A stretch of 64,000 nt of DNA from Actinomycetota bacterium. GTDB taxonomy: Bacteria > Actinomycetota > Actinomycetes > S36-B12. Below the pieces are notes generated by a model. It saw only the letters and a list, made by a program, of their open reading frames with translations. It made no database searches and was not told where the DNA came from. Made by a program: the position numbers and the translations under genes. Location: positions 65,343 through 129,342 of the forward strand of contig VGBL01000002.1 in assembly GCA_016870515.1 (NCBI GenBank). The letters are read 5' to 3'. Below are positions 1 to 9,468 of this stretch, in pieces (the stretch's first letter is position 1; every line of letters starts with the position of its first letter).

Positions 1-562
1 CGAACGCCCCGCCGCGGGGGTCGATCGCGGTGGCGGCCCACTCGGCCTCGATGCGCCTGCGCACCTGGGAGGTGCGCGTGCCCGCGGAGTCGGCGTACTC
101 GACGGACTCGCGGACTACCAGGAGTCGGGCGTCGACATGGGCCACGCGCGCATCGCCCATCAGGAGTCGGCTGCGTTCGGCCATGAGGGCGATGCGCTCG
201 GACTCGGGGACATCGAAGGGGTCGATCTCGTAGGGGGACTCCCAGGTGCCGGCGTAGACGGGCTCGGGCGCGAGCTCGACATAGCGAGTCGTGAGTGCCC
301 TGCTGACGCGGGCCATCGACACGGCGCGATCGGCCAGTGCGCGCGCTTCGTCAGGGGTGCAGATGTCCGAAGACGCGAATCCCCACGCGCCGTCGACGAT
401 GACCCGGACGCCGATGCCGGCGGACTCCTGGTCGATGGACGCCTCAAGCTCGCCGTCACGCAGCGACAATGCGCCATTGCGTGTGCTCACGAGCCTGGCG
501 TCTGCGTGCGCCGCTCCCAGGGCCTGCGCCCGCTCGAGAGCCGCTTCGAGTGGCGTGCTCAC
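1..562 (-). CDS. tldD: TldD/PmbA family metalloprotease, 5' part only (runs off window start)
   Basis: Not in ORF track (no stop in window). Manual translation from GTG at 562: MSTPLEAALERAQALGAAHADARLVSTRNGALSLRDGELEASIDQESAGIGVRVIVDGAWGFAS, matching the TldD N-terminal G.GVRV...GAWGFAS motif. GTGA overlap with the stop of the upstream gene. Confidence 0.8.
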   Translation of the reverse strand, partial: MSTPLEAALERAQALGAAHADARLVSTRNGALSLRDGELEASIDQESAGIGVRVIVDGAWGFASSDICTPDEARALADRAVSMARVSRALTTRYVELAPEPVYAGTWESPYEIDPFDVPESERIALMAERSRLLMGDARVAHVDARLLVVRESVEYADSAGTRTSQVRRRIEAEWAATAIDPRGGAF

Positions 563-1227
563 TTTGAATCGGATTCCGAGGTCGACGGCTGCCGCAGGAG
601 GATCGACGCCGGGATCAGCAGCAGCAGCATGTAGTTGCCGAGCCAGAAGACGAAGTAGCTGCAGACGGCGGCAATCACGAAGATGCTCGTGTAGGCCACT
701 CCCCGCCACCTGGCCGGGGACGCCTGCATGCGATCCCAGAATTCGCGGTCGGCCGGCTCGATGAGCTCGGGGTGGCGTGTCATGTGCCGGACGGTGAGGG
801 CCCCGATCAGGCAGATGTAGGCAAGCGTCAGCCAGTACATCATCGCCGGACCCGTCATCTCACCGCTGCGCGCGAGCGTTGAGTCGAAGGTCACGCCCTC
901 GTAGAGGCGGCTGGGCCACGGCAGGAAGACGAAGCCGAGCAGCCACAGGAGAACGAGCCAGAAGATGGCGCTGTCGTAGGCGGCCAGGTGGTTCACGATG
1001 CGGTTGTGGATGTTCCACAGGAGCCCGACGACCAGGAAGGTGACCACGAACGTCTGGATCTGCCCATGGTTCGCCTGGAGCACGTCGAGCATGCTCTGCC
1101 CCTCCTGGGGCCCCTCGATGTCGACAAGGGGGAGGGCCAGCAGCGTGATGGCCACCGCGACGACGGCATCGGCGAAGTTCAGGAGGCGGTCGAGCGACCG
1201 CCCCTTCCGCACCGCGCCCCAGGCCAT
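559..1227 (-). CDS. TMEM175/DUF1211 family K+ channel-like membrane protein
   Basis: RLLNFADAVVAVAITLL matches the TMEM175 RxxxFSDxVxAIxxTLL helix-1 motif. About 6 hydrophobic segments. Confidence 0.85.
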   Translation of the reverse strand: MAWGAVRKGRSLDRLLNFADAVVAVAITLLALPLVDIEGPQEGQSMLDVLQANHGQIQTFVVTFLVVGLLWNIHNRIVNHLAAYDSAIFWLVLLWLLGFVFLPWPSRLYEGVTFDSTLARSGEMTGPAMMYWLTLAYICLIGALTVRHMTRHPELIEPADREFWDRMQASPARWRGVAYTSIFVIAAVCSYFVFWLGNYMLLLLIPASILLRQPSTSESDSK

Positions 1228-1304
1228 GTCGCGATCCTGCCACGGGCCACCCCTCGTCAGGTGCCGGGCGCCAAACCGCTAACGTCGCGGCTCGTGAGGT
1301 CCAC

Positions 1305-2009
1305 ATGGCAGGCGTAGCCCTGGTGACCGGGGGTAATCGCGGAATCGGCCTTGCTGCCGCGCAGGCGCTGCGCGCCGCTGGCTGGACCGCCGTCGTGGGA
1401 TCTCGCTCCGGTGACGCGCCGGACGGGCTTACGTCGGTTGCCATCGACGTCACGTCATCGGAGTCCGTTGACGCGGCGTTCGATCGGGTCGAGTCCGACG
1501 TCGGGCCCATCGACGTCCTCGTGGCCAACGCAGGTATCACGCGCGATGGCCTTGTCATGCGCATGCCCGATGCCGATATCGACGATGTCCTGCAGACCAA
1601 CCTGGTGGGCGCGATCAGGTGTGCTCGCCGTGCGGCCCGCGCCATGGTCCGGGCGCGCCGCGGCCGCATCGTCTTCGTGTCGAGCGTCGTGTGGGCGCTG
1701 GGCTCAGCGGGGCAGGTGAACTATGCGGCGTCCAAGGCCGGCCTGGTCGGCGCCGCGCGCTCACTGGCGCGCGAACTCGGCGGCCGCGGGATCACCGTCA
1801 ACGTCGTGGCACCCGGATTCGTCGACACCGACATGACGGCCGTCCTGGGGGAGGAGCGCACGGCCGAGATCCTGCGGCAGGTGCCCCTCGGCAGGCTGGC
1901 GGAACCCGACGAGATCGCCCGGGTGGTCGCCTTCCTCGCGGGTGACGACGCGGGCTACATCACGGGAGCGGTCATCCCCGTGGACGGCGGACTCGGCATG
2001 GGTCACTGA
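1305..2009 (+). CDS. fabG: 3-oxoacyl-ACP reductase (FabG/MabA type)
   Basis: TGGNRGIG, NAG, YAASK and C-terminal VDGGLGMGH. Directly upstream of fabI. Confidence 0.95.
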   Translation: MAGVALVTGGNRGIGLAAAQALRAAGWTAVVGSRSGDAPDGLTSVAIDVTSSESVDAAFDRVESDVGPIDVLVANAGITRDGLVMRMPDADIDDVLQTNLVGAIRCARRAARAMVRARRGRIVFVSSVVWALGSAGQVNYAASKAGLVGAARSLARELGGRGITVNVVAPGFVDTDMTAVLGEERTAEILRQVPLGRLAEPDEIARVVAFLAGDDAGYITGAVIPVDGGLGMGH

Positions 2010-2020
2010 GAGGGGACACG

Positions 2021-2788
2021 ATGGGCATCCTTGACGGTCGCACGGTTCTGGTGACGGGAGTGCTCACGGACCAGTCCATTGCCTTCCACGTGGCCAAGCT
2101 CGCCCAGCAGGAAGGGGCGACGGTGGTCCTGACCTCTTTCGGCAGGGCACTGTCACTGACGCGCCGCACCGCGAGCCGCCTGCCCAGCGAGGCCGTCGTC
2201 GTCGAGCTCGATGTCACGTCCTCCGACGATCTCAACGCGCTGGCCGAGCGAGTCGCGCAGAGCGCCCCGAGTCTTGATGGGGTCGTCCACTCGATCGGAT
2301 TCGCGCCCGAGAGCGCGCTCGGCGGTCGATTTCTGAGCACTCCGTGGATCGACGTGGCGACGGCCCTGGAGGTGTCGGCGTTTTCGCTGAAGTCGCTGGC
2401 GGTGAGCTGCCTGCCGCTCATGCGGCCCGGCGGGGCCATCGTGGGACTGGACTTCGATGCCACCGTCGCGTGGCCGACCTACGACTGGATGGGCGTGGCC
2501 AAGGCCGCTCTCGAGTCGACATCGCGCTACCTGGCTCGCGACCTCGGTCCGCAGGGCATCCGAGTCAACCTCGTCGCCGCCGGCCCCATCCGCACGATGG
2601 CGGCCAAGAGCATCCCGGGGTTCGAGGACTTCGAGCAGGTGTGGCAGGACCGTGCTCCGCTCGGGTGGGACCTCGACGATCCCGTTCCCGCGGCCAGGGC
2701 ATGCGTAGCTCTGCTGTCGGACTGGTTCCCCGCCACCACCGGCGAAATCGTTCACGTGGACGGTGGCGTGCACTCGCAGGGCGCGTGA
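2021..2788 (+). CDS. fabI: enoyl-ACP reductase (FabI/InhA type)
   Basis: SIAF, HSIGFAP, YDWMGVAKAALES, AAGPIRTMAAK and TTGEIVHVDGG. Confidence 0.95.
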   Translation: MGILDGRTVLVTGVLTDQSIAFHVAKLAQQEGATVVLTSFGRALSLTRRTASRLPSEAVVVELDVTSSDDLNALAERVAQSAPSLDGVVHSIGFAPESALGGRFLSTPWIDVATALEVSAFSLKSLAVSCLPLMRPGGAIVGLDFDATVAWPTYDWMGVAKAALESTSRYLARDLGPQGIRVNLVAAGPIRTMAAKSIPGFEDFEQVWQDRAPLGWDLDDPVPAARACVALLSDWFPATTGEIVHVDGGVHSQGA

Positions 2789-2789
2789 C

Positions 2790-3290
2790 GTGCGCAGGCT
2801 CATCCTCCTGCGCCACGCGAAGTCGGACTACCCGCCCGGCGTGCGCGACCACGATCGTCCCCTCAATGCTCGAGGACGGCGGGATGCGCCGGCCGCCGGT
2901 GCGTGGCTTCGCGACAACGTCGGCGAGATCGACGTCGTGCTGGTATCCAGCGCGGCACGCGCCCAGCAGACGTGGCAGCTCGCCGGAGAGTCCGTGCGCG
3001 TAGTCGACGAGGTGTGCACGGAGCCACGCATCTACGAAGCGGCCACGTCGACCCTTCTCGACGTCGTTCGCACGATCCCGGACTCCGCCCACAGTGCCCT
3101 GCTGGTCGGGCACAACCCCGCGCTGGCAGATCTTGCCGCACGTCTCGCCACCGACGGCGATCCGGAAGCGCTGGGCCGCATGGCGATGAAGTACCCCACG
3201 TCGGGGATCGCCGTGCTGGAAGGCGATGGTTCCTGGGCCGATCTGGCCCGGTCTGCGTGTCTGCAGGCATTCGCGGTCCCGCGGGGCTAG
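2790..3290 (+). CDS. sixA: SixA-like histidine phosphatase
   Basis: LRHAKS, DHDRPL, RAQQT and VGHNP motifs. GTG start placed just after the fabI stop. Confidence 0.85.
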   Translation: MRRLILLRHAKSDYPPGVRDHDRPLNARGRRDAPAAGAWLRDNVGEIDVVLVSSAARAQQTWQLAGESVRVVDEVCTEPRIYEAATSTLLDVVRTIPDSAHSALLVGHNPALADLAARLATDGDPEALGRMAMKYPTSGIAVLEGDGSWADLARSACLQAFAVPRG

Positions 3291-3295
3291 GTCAC

Positions 3296-4486
3296 TCACC
3301 GCGAAACATCGGCGGCGTCCGCCTCCTCGATCTCCTCGCGCGTCACGCCAAGGAGGAACAGCACCGAGTCGAGGTAGGGCACTGACAGCGACGTGTCGGC
3401 CGCTGCGCGCACCGCGGGCTTGGCGTTGAAGGCGACGCCGAGCCCTGCCGCCTCCAGCATGTCGAGGTCATTTGCGCCATCGCCGACGGCGATCGTGCGC
3501 GAGAGTGGCACGCCCAGCTCGGCCGCGAAGTCCTCCAGCGCACGGCGCTTGCCAACTCGGTCGACGATATCTCCGACGACCCGCCCTGTGAGCCGACCGT
3601 CGACGACCTCCAGGCGATTGGCCCGGATGCGATCGATGTCAAGGCCAGACGTCACGGGAACCACCACCTCCTCGAAGCCACCGGAGACAAGGCACACGTG
3701 AAAGCCCAGGCGCTTCAAGGTGCGGCACAGGGTTCGCGCACCCGGTGTCAGCGTGACAGCTTGGGCCACCTCGGCGAGCGCTGATTCGGGAAGCCCTTCG
3801 AGGGCAGCGACCCGAAGTCGCAGGGACTCGGCGAAATCCAGGTCGCCATGCATCGCCTCCTCCGTGATCTGCGCGACCGCGTCTGCCTGGCCCGCTGCCG
3901 CCGCAAGCAGGTTGATCGCCTCGTCCTGGATGACGGTGGAGTCGACGTCCATCACGATCAGCCGCTGGCCGCGTCGGTCGAGCCCCGCATGCTGCACGGC
4001 GACATCGACGCTCAGTACGCGCGACCTCTCGGCAAGCGCTCGCCGCAAGCCGACGACGTCCTCGTCTCCTGAGGCCTCGAAGATGACCGCCGTGACCGGA
4101 TATGACGCGATGCGCCGGATGCGGTCGATGTTCCACCCGCGGTCAGCCAGCTCCCAGGTGAGATCGGCTACCGCCCCCGGCGGGAGCGGGGAGCCGATGA
4201 CCGTCACGTGTATGCGACCCCGGCGGGCCGCGACAACCTCATTCGCGCCCGGGACCGTCTCGACCTCCATGCCGACGCGGACGGCGACCTCGTGGACGAT
4301 GGCCCGGACGTCGCCAACGTCATGGGCTCCGACGCCAAGGAGAACAGCCAGGATGAGCCGCCCTCGGACAACCAGCTGCTCCATGTCGAGAACCACCGTG
4401 CGTGTGTGACGCAGCGAGTCCAGGAGGGCGGTCGTCACACCCGGACGGTCACGCCCGCTCAGGATCGCCAGGAGGGTGCCGTCCAC
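3296..4486 (-). CDS. serB: phosphoserine phosphatase with two ACT domains
   Basis: GRDRPG ACT start; HAD motifs DVDST, VSGGF, GDGANDLDM and FNAKP. Confidence 0.95.
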   Translation of the reverse strand: MDGTLLAILSGRDRPGVTTALLDSLRHTRTVVLDMEQLVVRGRLILAVLLGVGAHDVGDVRAIVHEVAVRVGMEVETVPGANEVVAARRGRIHVTVIGSPLPPGAVADLTWELADRGWNIDRIRRIASYPVTAVIFEASGDEDVVGLRRALAERSRVLSVDVAVQHAGLDRRGQRLIVMDVDSTVIQDEAINLLAAAAGQADAVAQITEEAMHGDLDFAESLRLRVAALEGLPESALAEVAQAVTLTPGARTLCRTLKRLGFHVCLVSGGFEEVVVPVTSGLDIDRIRANRLEVVDGRLTGRVVGDIVDRVGKRRALEDFAAELGVPLSRTIAVGDGANDLDMLEAAGLGVAFNAKPAVRAAADTSLSVPYLDSVLFLLGVTREEIEEADAADVSR

Positions 4487-4556
4487 ATGCCGAGCCTACG
4501 GGCGTCGGCCGACCAGCAGGGACCTCAGGGTCGCCTGCACTGGATAGGTTGTCGTC

Positions 4557-5345
4557 GTGACAAACGAGGTCGTGCAGATGCAGGGTGTCGGCGTACGCCG
4601 TGGCACGGCATGGATTCTCAGTGACATCGATTGGACCGTCCGCGCCGACGATCGCTGGGTCCTGCTCGGGCCCAACGGGGCGGGCAAGTCCACCCTGATC
4701 AGCATCGCCGCCACGCGGCTTCATCCCACGCGCGGGACCGCGTGCATCCTCGGCGAGCCATTGGGAATGAGCGACGTCTTCGATCTGCGGCCGCGCATCG
4801 GGCTGGTCGGCACCACCATCACTGAGGCGATCCCGGCGCGCGAGAAGGTCCACGACGTCGTGCTCACGGCCTCATGGGGCATCACCGGCAGGTGGCGCGA
4901 GGAGTATTCCGACGCTGACGTGCGTCGCGCAAATGCCCTCCTGGAGCGCCTTGGTGTCTTCGATCTCGCGCATCGGTCGTTCGGTTCCCTGTCCGACGGG
5001 GAGCGAAAGCGCACCCAGATCGCACGTGCCCTCATGAGCGATCCCGAGGTGCTGCTATTGGACGAACCCGCCGCGGGGCTCGACCTCGGCGGCCGGGAGG
5101 CATTGGTGCAGCGCCTCGAGGACATGGCGAGGGCCCAGGACGCTCCCACGACGATCCTGGTGACCCATCACGTCGAGGAGATCCCCGCCGGCACAACGCA
5201 CGCTATGCTGCTGCGCGGGGGACAGGTCATCGCGGCAGGGGCGATCGACACGGTGCTCACCGATGCGCACTTGACCACCGCTTACGGACTTCCCATCACC
5301 ATCGATCGTCGGGAGGGGCGTTGGCTCGCTCGGGCACGAAATTAG
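4557..5345 (+). CDS. ABC transporter ATP-binding protein (ModF-like, stand-alone)
   Basis: Walker A GPNGAGKS, signature LSDGE, Walker B LLLDEP and H-loop VTHH. Confidence 0.9.
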   Translation: MTNEVVQMQGVGVRRGTAWILSDIDWTVRADDRWVLLGPNGAGKSTLISIAATRLHPTRGTACILGEPLGMSDVFDLRPRIGLVGTTITEAIPAREKVHDVVLTASWGITGRWREEYSDADVRRANALLERLGVFDLAHRSFGSLSDGERKRTQIARALMSDPEVLLLDEPAAGLDLGGREALVQRLEDMARAQDAPTTILVTHHVEEIPAGTTHAMLLRGGQVIAAGAIDTVLTDAHLTTAYGLPITIDRREGRWLARARN

Positions 5346-6844
5346 GCGCTCGTCGCTGGCTCTTTGGCGACCAGCTCGGGCCGCACTTCCTCGGGCCTGA
5401 GACCGACCCGGGCGACGACGGCGCGCAGCAGGTCCTTCTCGTCGTGAGCAAGGCCGCCTTCCGGCGACGGCGATACCACCGCGCCAAGGCCCAGCTGATC
5501 CTCTCGGCTATCCGGCACCGGGCCGCTGAGCTCGGTCCCCGGGCCCGACTCGTCGTCGCGGAGACCTATCGCGAGGCAGTATGCACGATTGACGAGCCGC
5601 TCAGCGCCTGCGATCCCACGTCATGGCAGGCACGGCGCCTCGTGCGCGAACTGGGCGTGGAGGTCCTGCCGTCGCGCGGATTTATGACCAGCGAGACCGA
5701 CTTCCGCGAGTGGGCCGCCACGCGCGGCAAGCGGCGCCTACTGCAGGAGGACTTCTACCGGTGGAGCCGTTCGCGTACCGGCATTCTCATGATCGGCGAC
5801 GAACCCGAGGGTGGACGCTGGAACTTCGACGCCGACAACCGCTTGCCCCCTCCGAAGGGCGCCACGACCCTCGGCCTGCCCCATCCGTGGGCCCCGGTGG
5901 AGGACGACATCGATGCGGAAGCGCGCGAGGACATGGCGCGGTGGCAGCGGGACGACGGCATCGAATTCGGCGGTCGAGAGGGCCCGCGGCTCTTCGCGGC
6001 CTCCCGGGCCGAGGCGCTCCAGGCCCTCGATGACTTCGTCACCCATCGGCTGTCGGAGTTCGGCCCCTACGAGGACGCTGCTCTCACGGGCGACTGGGCG
6101 ATGGCGCACAGCCTGCTGTCCGCCCCCATGAATCTCGGCCTCCTGCATCCGGGTGAAGCGATCGCCCGCGTCGTCGAGGCCTTACATCGCGGCGATGCCC
6201 CCCTCGCGAGCGTGGAGGGCTTCGTCCGACAGGTCATGGGGTGGCGCGACTACGTCTGGCACCTGTACTGGCACTTCGGCGAGGACTACGTCACGCACTC
6301 CAACGCCCTCGACGCCCACGCACCTCTGCCACCGTGGTTCGACACCCTCGATGCTGATGCCACTCAGGCGCGGTGCCTGGCGTCGAGCCTGGCGGACGTA
6401 CGCGACCGCGGGTGGAACCACCACATCCTGCGCTTGATGGTCCTCGGCAACTGGGCCCTGCAGCGCGGCTACCAGCCGACCGCGACGACCGAGTGGTTCA
6501 CCCGCAACTACGTCGATGCCTATCCGTGGGTCATGGCCGCCAACGTCGTCGGCATGGCGCTCTATGCCGACGGTGGTCTCATGGCAACGAAGCCCTACGC
6601 CGCGGGCGGTGCCTACATCAATCGCATGACCGACTTCTGCAAGGAATGCGCCTATCGTCCGTCGGATCGGGTGGGTGATCGCGGCTGCCCCTTCACCGCG
6701 GGCTACTGGTGGTTCCTCGATAGAAACACCGACCGACTCTCGGGCAACCACCGACTCGCCCAGCCACTCGCGTCGCTGCGGCGCCTGGCCGATCGGGACG
6801 CACTGGTGGAGCAGGAGGACGTCCGCGGGGACTCGCCGCCGTGA
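5321..6844 (+). CDS. FeS-type bacterial cryptochrome/(6-4) photolyase (PhrB/CryB-like)
   Basis: N-terminal GDQL, GGRWNFDADNR, EGFVRQVMGWRDY, HHILRLM, KPYAAGGAYINRMTDFCKEC..CPF, plus ARCL giving four Fe-S cysteines. TTG start is uncertain. Confidence 0.9.
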   Translation: MARSGTKLGARRWLFGDQLGPHFLGPETDPGDDGAQQVLLVVSKAAFRRRRYHRAKAQLILSAIRHRAAELGPRARLVVAETYREAVCTIDEPLSACDPTSWQARRLVRELGVEVLPSRGFMTSETDFREWAATRGKRRLLQEDFYRWSRSRTGILMIGDEPEGGRWNFDADNRLPPPKGATTLGLPHPWAPVEDDIDAEAREDMARWQRDDGIEFGGREGPRLFAASRAEALQALDDFVTHRLSEFGPYEDAALTGDWAMAHSLLSAPMNLGLLHPGEAIARVVEALHRGDAPLASVEGFVRQVMGWRDYVWHLYWHFGEDYVTHSNALDAHAPLPPWFDTLDADATQARCLASSLADVRDRGWNHHILRLMVLGNWALQRGYQPTATTEWFTRNYVDAYPWVMAANVVGMALYADGGLMATKPYAAGGAYINRMTDFCKECAYRPSDRVGDRGCPFTAGYWWFLDRNTDRLSGNHRLAQPLASLRRLADRDALVEQEDVRGDSPP

Positions 6845-7665
6845 TGGCGCCCCCGCACCTGGAGGTCTTACGCATCGACACCGCGGCCGATCCTCGACTG
6901 GCTGCCTTCCGTGATCTCACCGACGTCGACCTGCGACGCACCCTCGAGCCAGAGGCGGGCATCTTCATGGCCGAGGGACTGCTCGTCATCGAGCGCGTCG
7001 TCGCCGCGGGGCTCGAGATCGAGTCCGTCCTGACAGCACCCAAGTGGCTCGACCGGCTGGGGGAGTGCCTCGGCGACTGGCGCGGCCCGACCTACGTCCT
7101 GGAGGAAGACCACCTGCAAAGCCTCACGGGCTATCGCGTGCACAGAGGCGCCCTTGCGTGCGTTCGACGGCCACCTGCCGGCGACATCGACGACATCACG
7201 CGTAGGGCCGGAGACATCCTCGTTCTCGGCGATCTGGTGGATCACACCAACGTGGGGCTGGCCATACGCTCAGCCACCGCCATGGGCATCACAGGGGTCG
7301 TGCTGTCGCCACGCTGCGCGGACCCGCTCTACAGGCGTGCGATCAAGTCATCGATGGGCGCCGTGATCACCACCCCGTGGGCGCGGTTCCGCGAGTGGCC
7401 GGTGTCAAGTCAAGACCTCGCTGGTCGCCCTCTCGTTGCCCTCACTCCCGATCCGAGTGCGCCGGCACTGGACTTCGCCCTGCGGTCATGCGCTGGCGAC
7501 GTGGCGCTCGTCGCGGGCGGCGAGGGGCCGGGGCTTTCGGCTGACGAGCAGGCCACGTGCGACGTTCGCGCTCGGATCCCGATGGAATCGAGCATCGACT
7601 CGCTCAATGTGGCCGCCGCGGTCGCAGTCGCGTGCTACGCCTTGCGCATGCGGAAGTCGTTTTGA
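6841..7665 (+). CDS. TrmH/SpoU family RNA 2'-O-methyltransferase
   Basis: DHTNVG..IRS, GGEGPGLS and IPM...DSLNVAAA SPOUT motifs. Confidence 0.92.
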   Translation: MMAPPHLEVLRIDTAADPRLAAFRDLTDVDLRRTLEPEAGIFMAEGLLVIERVVAAGLEIESVLTAPKWLDRLGECLGDWRGPTYVLEEDHLQSLTGYRVHRGALACVRRPPAGDIDDITRRAGDILVLGDLVDHTNVGLAIRSATAMGITGVVLSPRCADPLYRRAIKSSMGAVITTPWARFREWPVSSQDLAGRPLVALTPDPSAPALDFALRSCAGDVALVAGGEGPGLSADEQATCDVRARIPMESSIDSLNVAAAVAVACYALRMRKSF

Positions 7666-8252
7666 GCGCCGGCAAGATCATCCTGCTACGGCACGGCGAG
7701 ACCGAATGGTCGAAGTCCGGGCGCCACACCGGCCTGAGCGATCTCCCGCTCACGGCCGCGGGGGAGGAGCGCGCGGCCAGCCTGCGGGACCCTCTGGCCG
7801 ACGCGGCGCCGGCGCTCATCTTGTCCAGCCCCCTTCAGCGCGCACGTCGTACGGCCGAGCTCGCGGGACTGTGGCCCGCTGAGATCGATGACGACCTGCT
7901 CGAGTGGGACTACGGCGCGTGGGAGGGCCGCACCACGGCCGACATCCGCGCCGAGCTCCACGACCCCGAGTGGACTGTGTGGAAGAGCCCGATTCCGCCG
8001 GGTGCGACATCGGGGGAGCAGGTGGAAGACGTAGCGATCCGGTGCCAGCGTGTCTTGAGGCGATGTGCTCCCATCGTGGACTCCGGGGGCACCTGCGCGC
8101 TCATCGCGCACGGTCACGTCCTGCGGATCCTCACCGCGACATGGCTGGGGCTGCCCGCCCGAGATGGCCGCCTGTGGATCCTGGACGCCGGGGCAGTGTG
8201 CCGGCTGGGCTTCGAGCGCACGCAGCACGCGATCCTCACGTGGAACTGTTGA
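7662..8252 (+). CDS. histidine phosphatase (phosphoglycerate mutase family)
   Basis: LLRHGETEWS, SSPLQRA, EWDYG.WEG and AHGH. TTG start overlaps the upstream stop. Confidence 0.9.
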   Translation: MSAGKIILLRHGETEWSKSGRHTGLSDLPLTAAGEERAASLRDPLADAAPALILSSPLQRARRTAELAGLWPAEIDDDLLEWDYGAWEGRTTADIRAELHDPEWTVWKSPIPPGATSGEQVEDVAIRCQRVLRRCAPIVDSGGTCALIAHGHVLRILTATWLGLPARDGRLWILDAGAVCRLGFERTQHAILTWNC

Positions 8253-8280
8253 ACACGCCCGCGTGCCCTACGATGGGAAT

Positions 8281-9468
8281 GTGCCCATGCGCCTCGTGCC
8301 CGTTCTGGCCGCCTGCGTCCTCGCGGCTGGGTGCGCCTCAGGTGCCGGCTCCACCGCCGAACCGATGCCCGCGGAGAAATCCCCGGCCGCCGAGATCTCC
8401 GCATCGCCGGCCCCACAGCCGGTCGAGGTTGCTCCCGGCATCGTGTCGGTCGGCCTGGCCGATGCCTACACGCCAACTCCTCAGGGGAAATCCACCGACG
8501 ACTACCGCTGCTTCCTGGTACCGACCGGGATCAGCGAGGACCGCTTCATCACCGGCGTCCGCTTCCTTCCCGACAATCCCGAGGTGGTCCACCACGCGAT
8601 CCTGTATCGCGTCCAGCCTGCCCAACTGGCGGCGGCCAAGGCACGTGACCAGCACGATCCCGGGCAGGGGTGGAGCTGCTTCGGTGGACCCGATCTTCCG
8701 TCGGTCGCCAATGACGACGCGGTCCGCTCACTCGACTCGGCGCCGTGGCTCGCCGCATGGGCCCCCGGAGGACGCGAATATCGCTACCCCGAAGGCACCG
8801 GCGTCTACCTGCCCGCCGGAAGCAGCGTGATCCTCCAGGTGCACTACAACACCCTCGCTGGTGCCGGGCCCGACATGACATCGGTTCAACTGCGAACCTC
8901 CCCGGGCACCGACGACTTGCGCAAGCTGGAAACCGTCCTCCTGCCGGCACCCGTCGAGCTGCCCTGTGCTCCACAGGAGACCGGACCACTTTGTGATCGC
9001 GAGGCTGCTGTGGCAGACACGATCGAGCGCTTCGGCGGCGAGGCCCTGCGCACCATCTGGGGGCTGCAGTTCATCTGCGGCGGCGACCTCGTCGAGCCGA
9101 AGGCGAGCGCTACGCAGTCGTGCACCCACGACGTCAACGACGACATGACGGTCTACTCGGCTGCCGGGCACATGCACCTCTTGGGCCGATCGATCACGAT
9201 CGTGGCCAACACCGGCACACCTCGCGAGAAGGTGCTTCTCGACGTGGAGACATACAACTTCGACCACCAGGGCGGCGTCCCGCTCAAGGAGCCCTACGAG
9301 CTCAAGGCCGGAGACACCGTGACGGTGACCTGCACGCATGACACTGCATTGCGCAAGCTCCTGCCGGCCCTCCAGGACACCGAGCCTCGCTACATCGTGT
9401 GGGGCGATGGCACCACCGATGAGATGTGCTTGGGACTCATGACCGCAGCCGCTAAGACTGGGGCATGA
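8281..9468 (+). CDS. copper type II ascorbate-dependent monooxygenase-like lipoprotein (PHM/DBH fold)
   Basis: Lipobox LAAGC; DDYRCF; candidate Cu ligands VVHH, QVHY, GHMH and DEMC. TACGAT -10 lies 6 nt before GTG 8281. Confidence 0.82.
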   Translation: MPMRLVPVLAACVLAAGCASGAGSTAEPMPAEKSPAAEISASPAPQPVEVAPGIVSVGLADAYTPTPQGKSTDDYRCFLVPTGISEDRFITGVRFLPDNPEVVHHAILYRVQPAQLAAAKARDQHDPGQGWSCFGGPDLPSVANDDAVRSLDSAPWLAAWAPGGREYRYPEGTGVYLPAGSSVILQVHYNTLAGAGPDMTSVQLRTSPGTDDLRKLETVLLPAPVELPCAPQETGPLCDREAAVADTIERFGGEALRTIWGLQFICGGDLVEPKASATQSCTHDVNDDMTVYSAAGHMHLLGRSITIVANTGTPREKVLLDVETYNFDHQGGVPLKEPYELKAGDTVTVTCTHDTALRKLLPALQDTEPRYIVWGDGTTDEMCLGLMTAAAKTGA

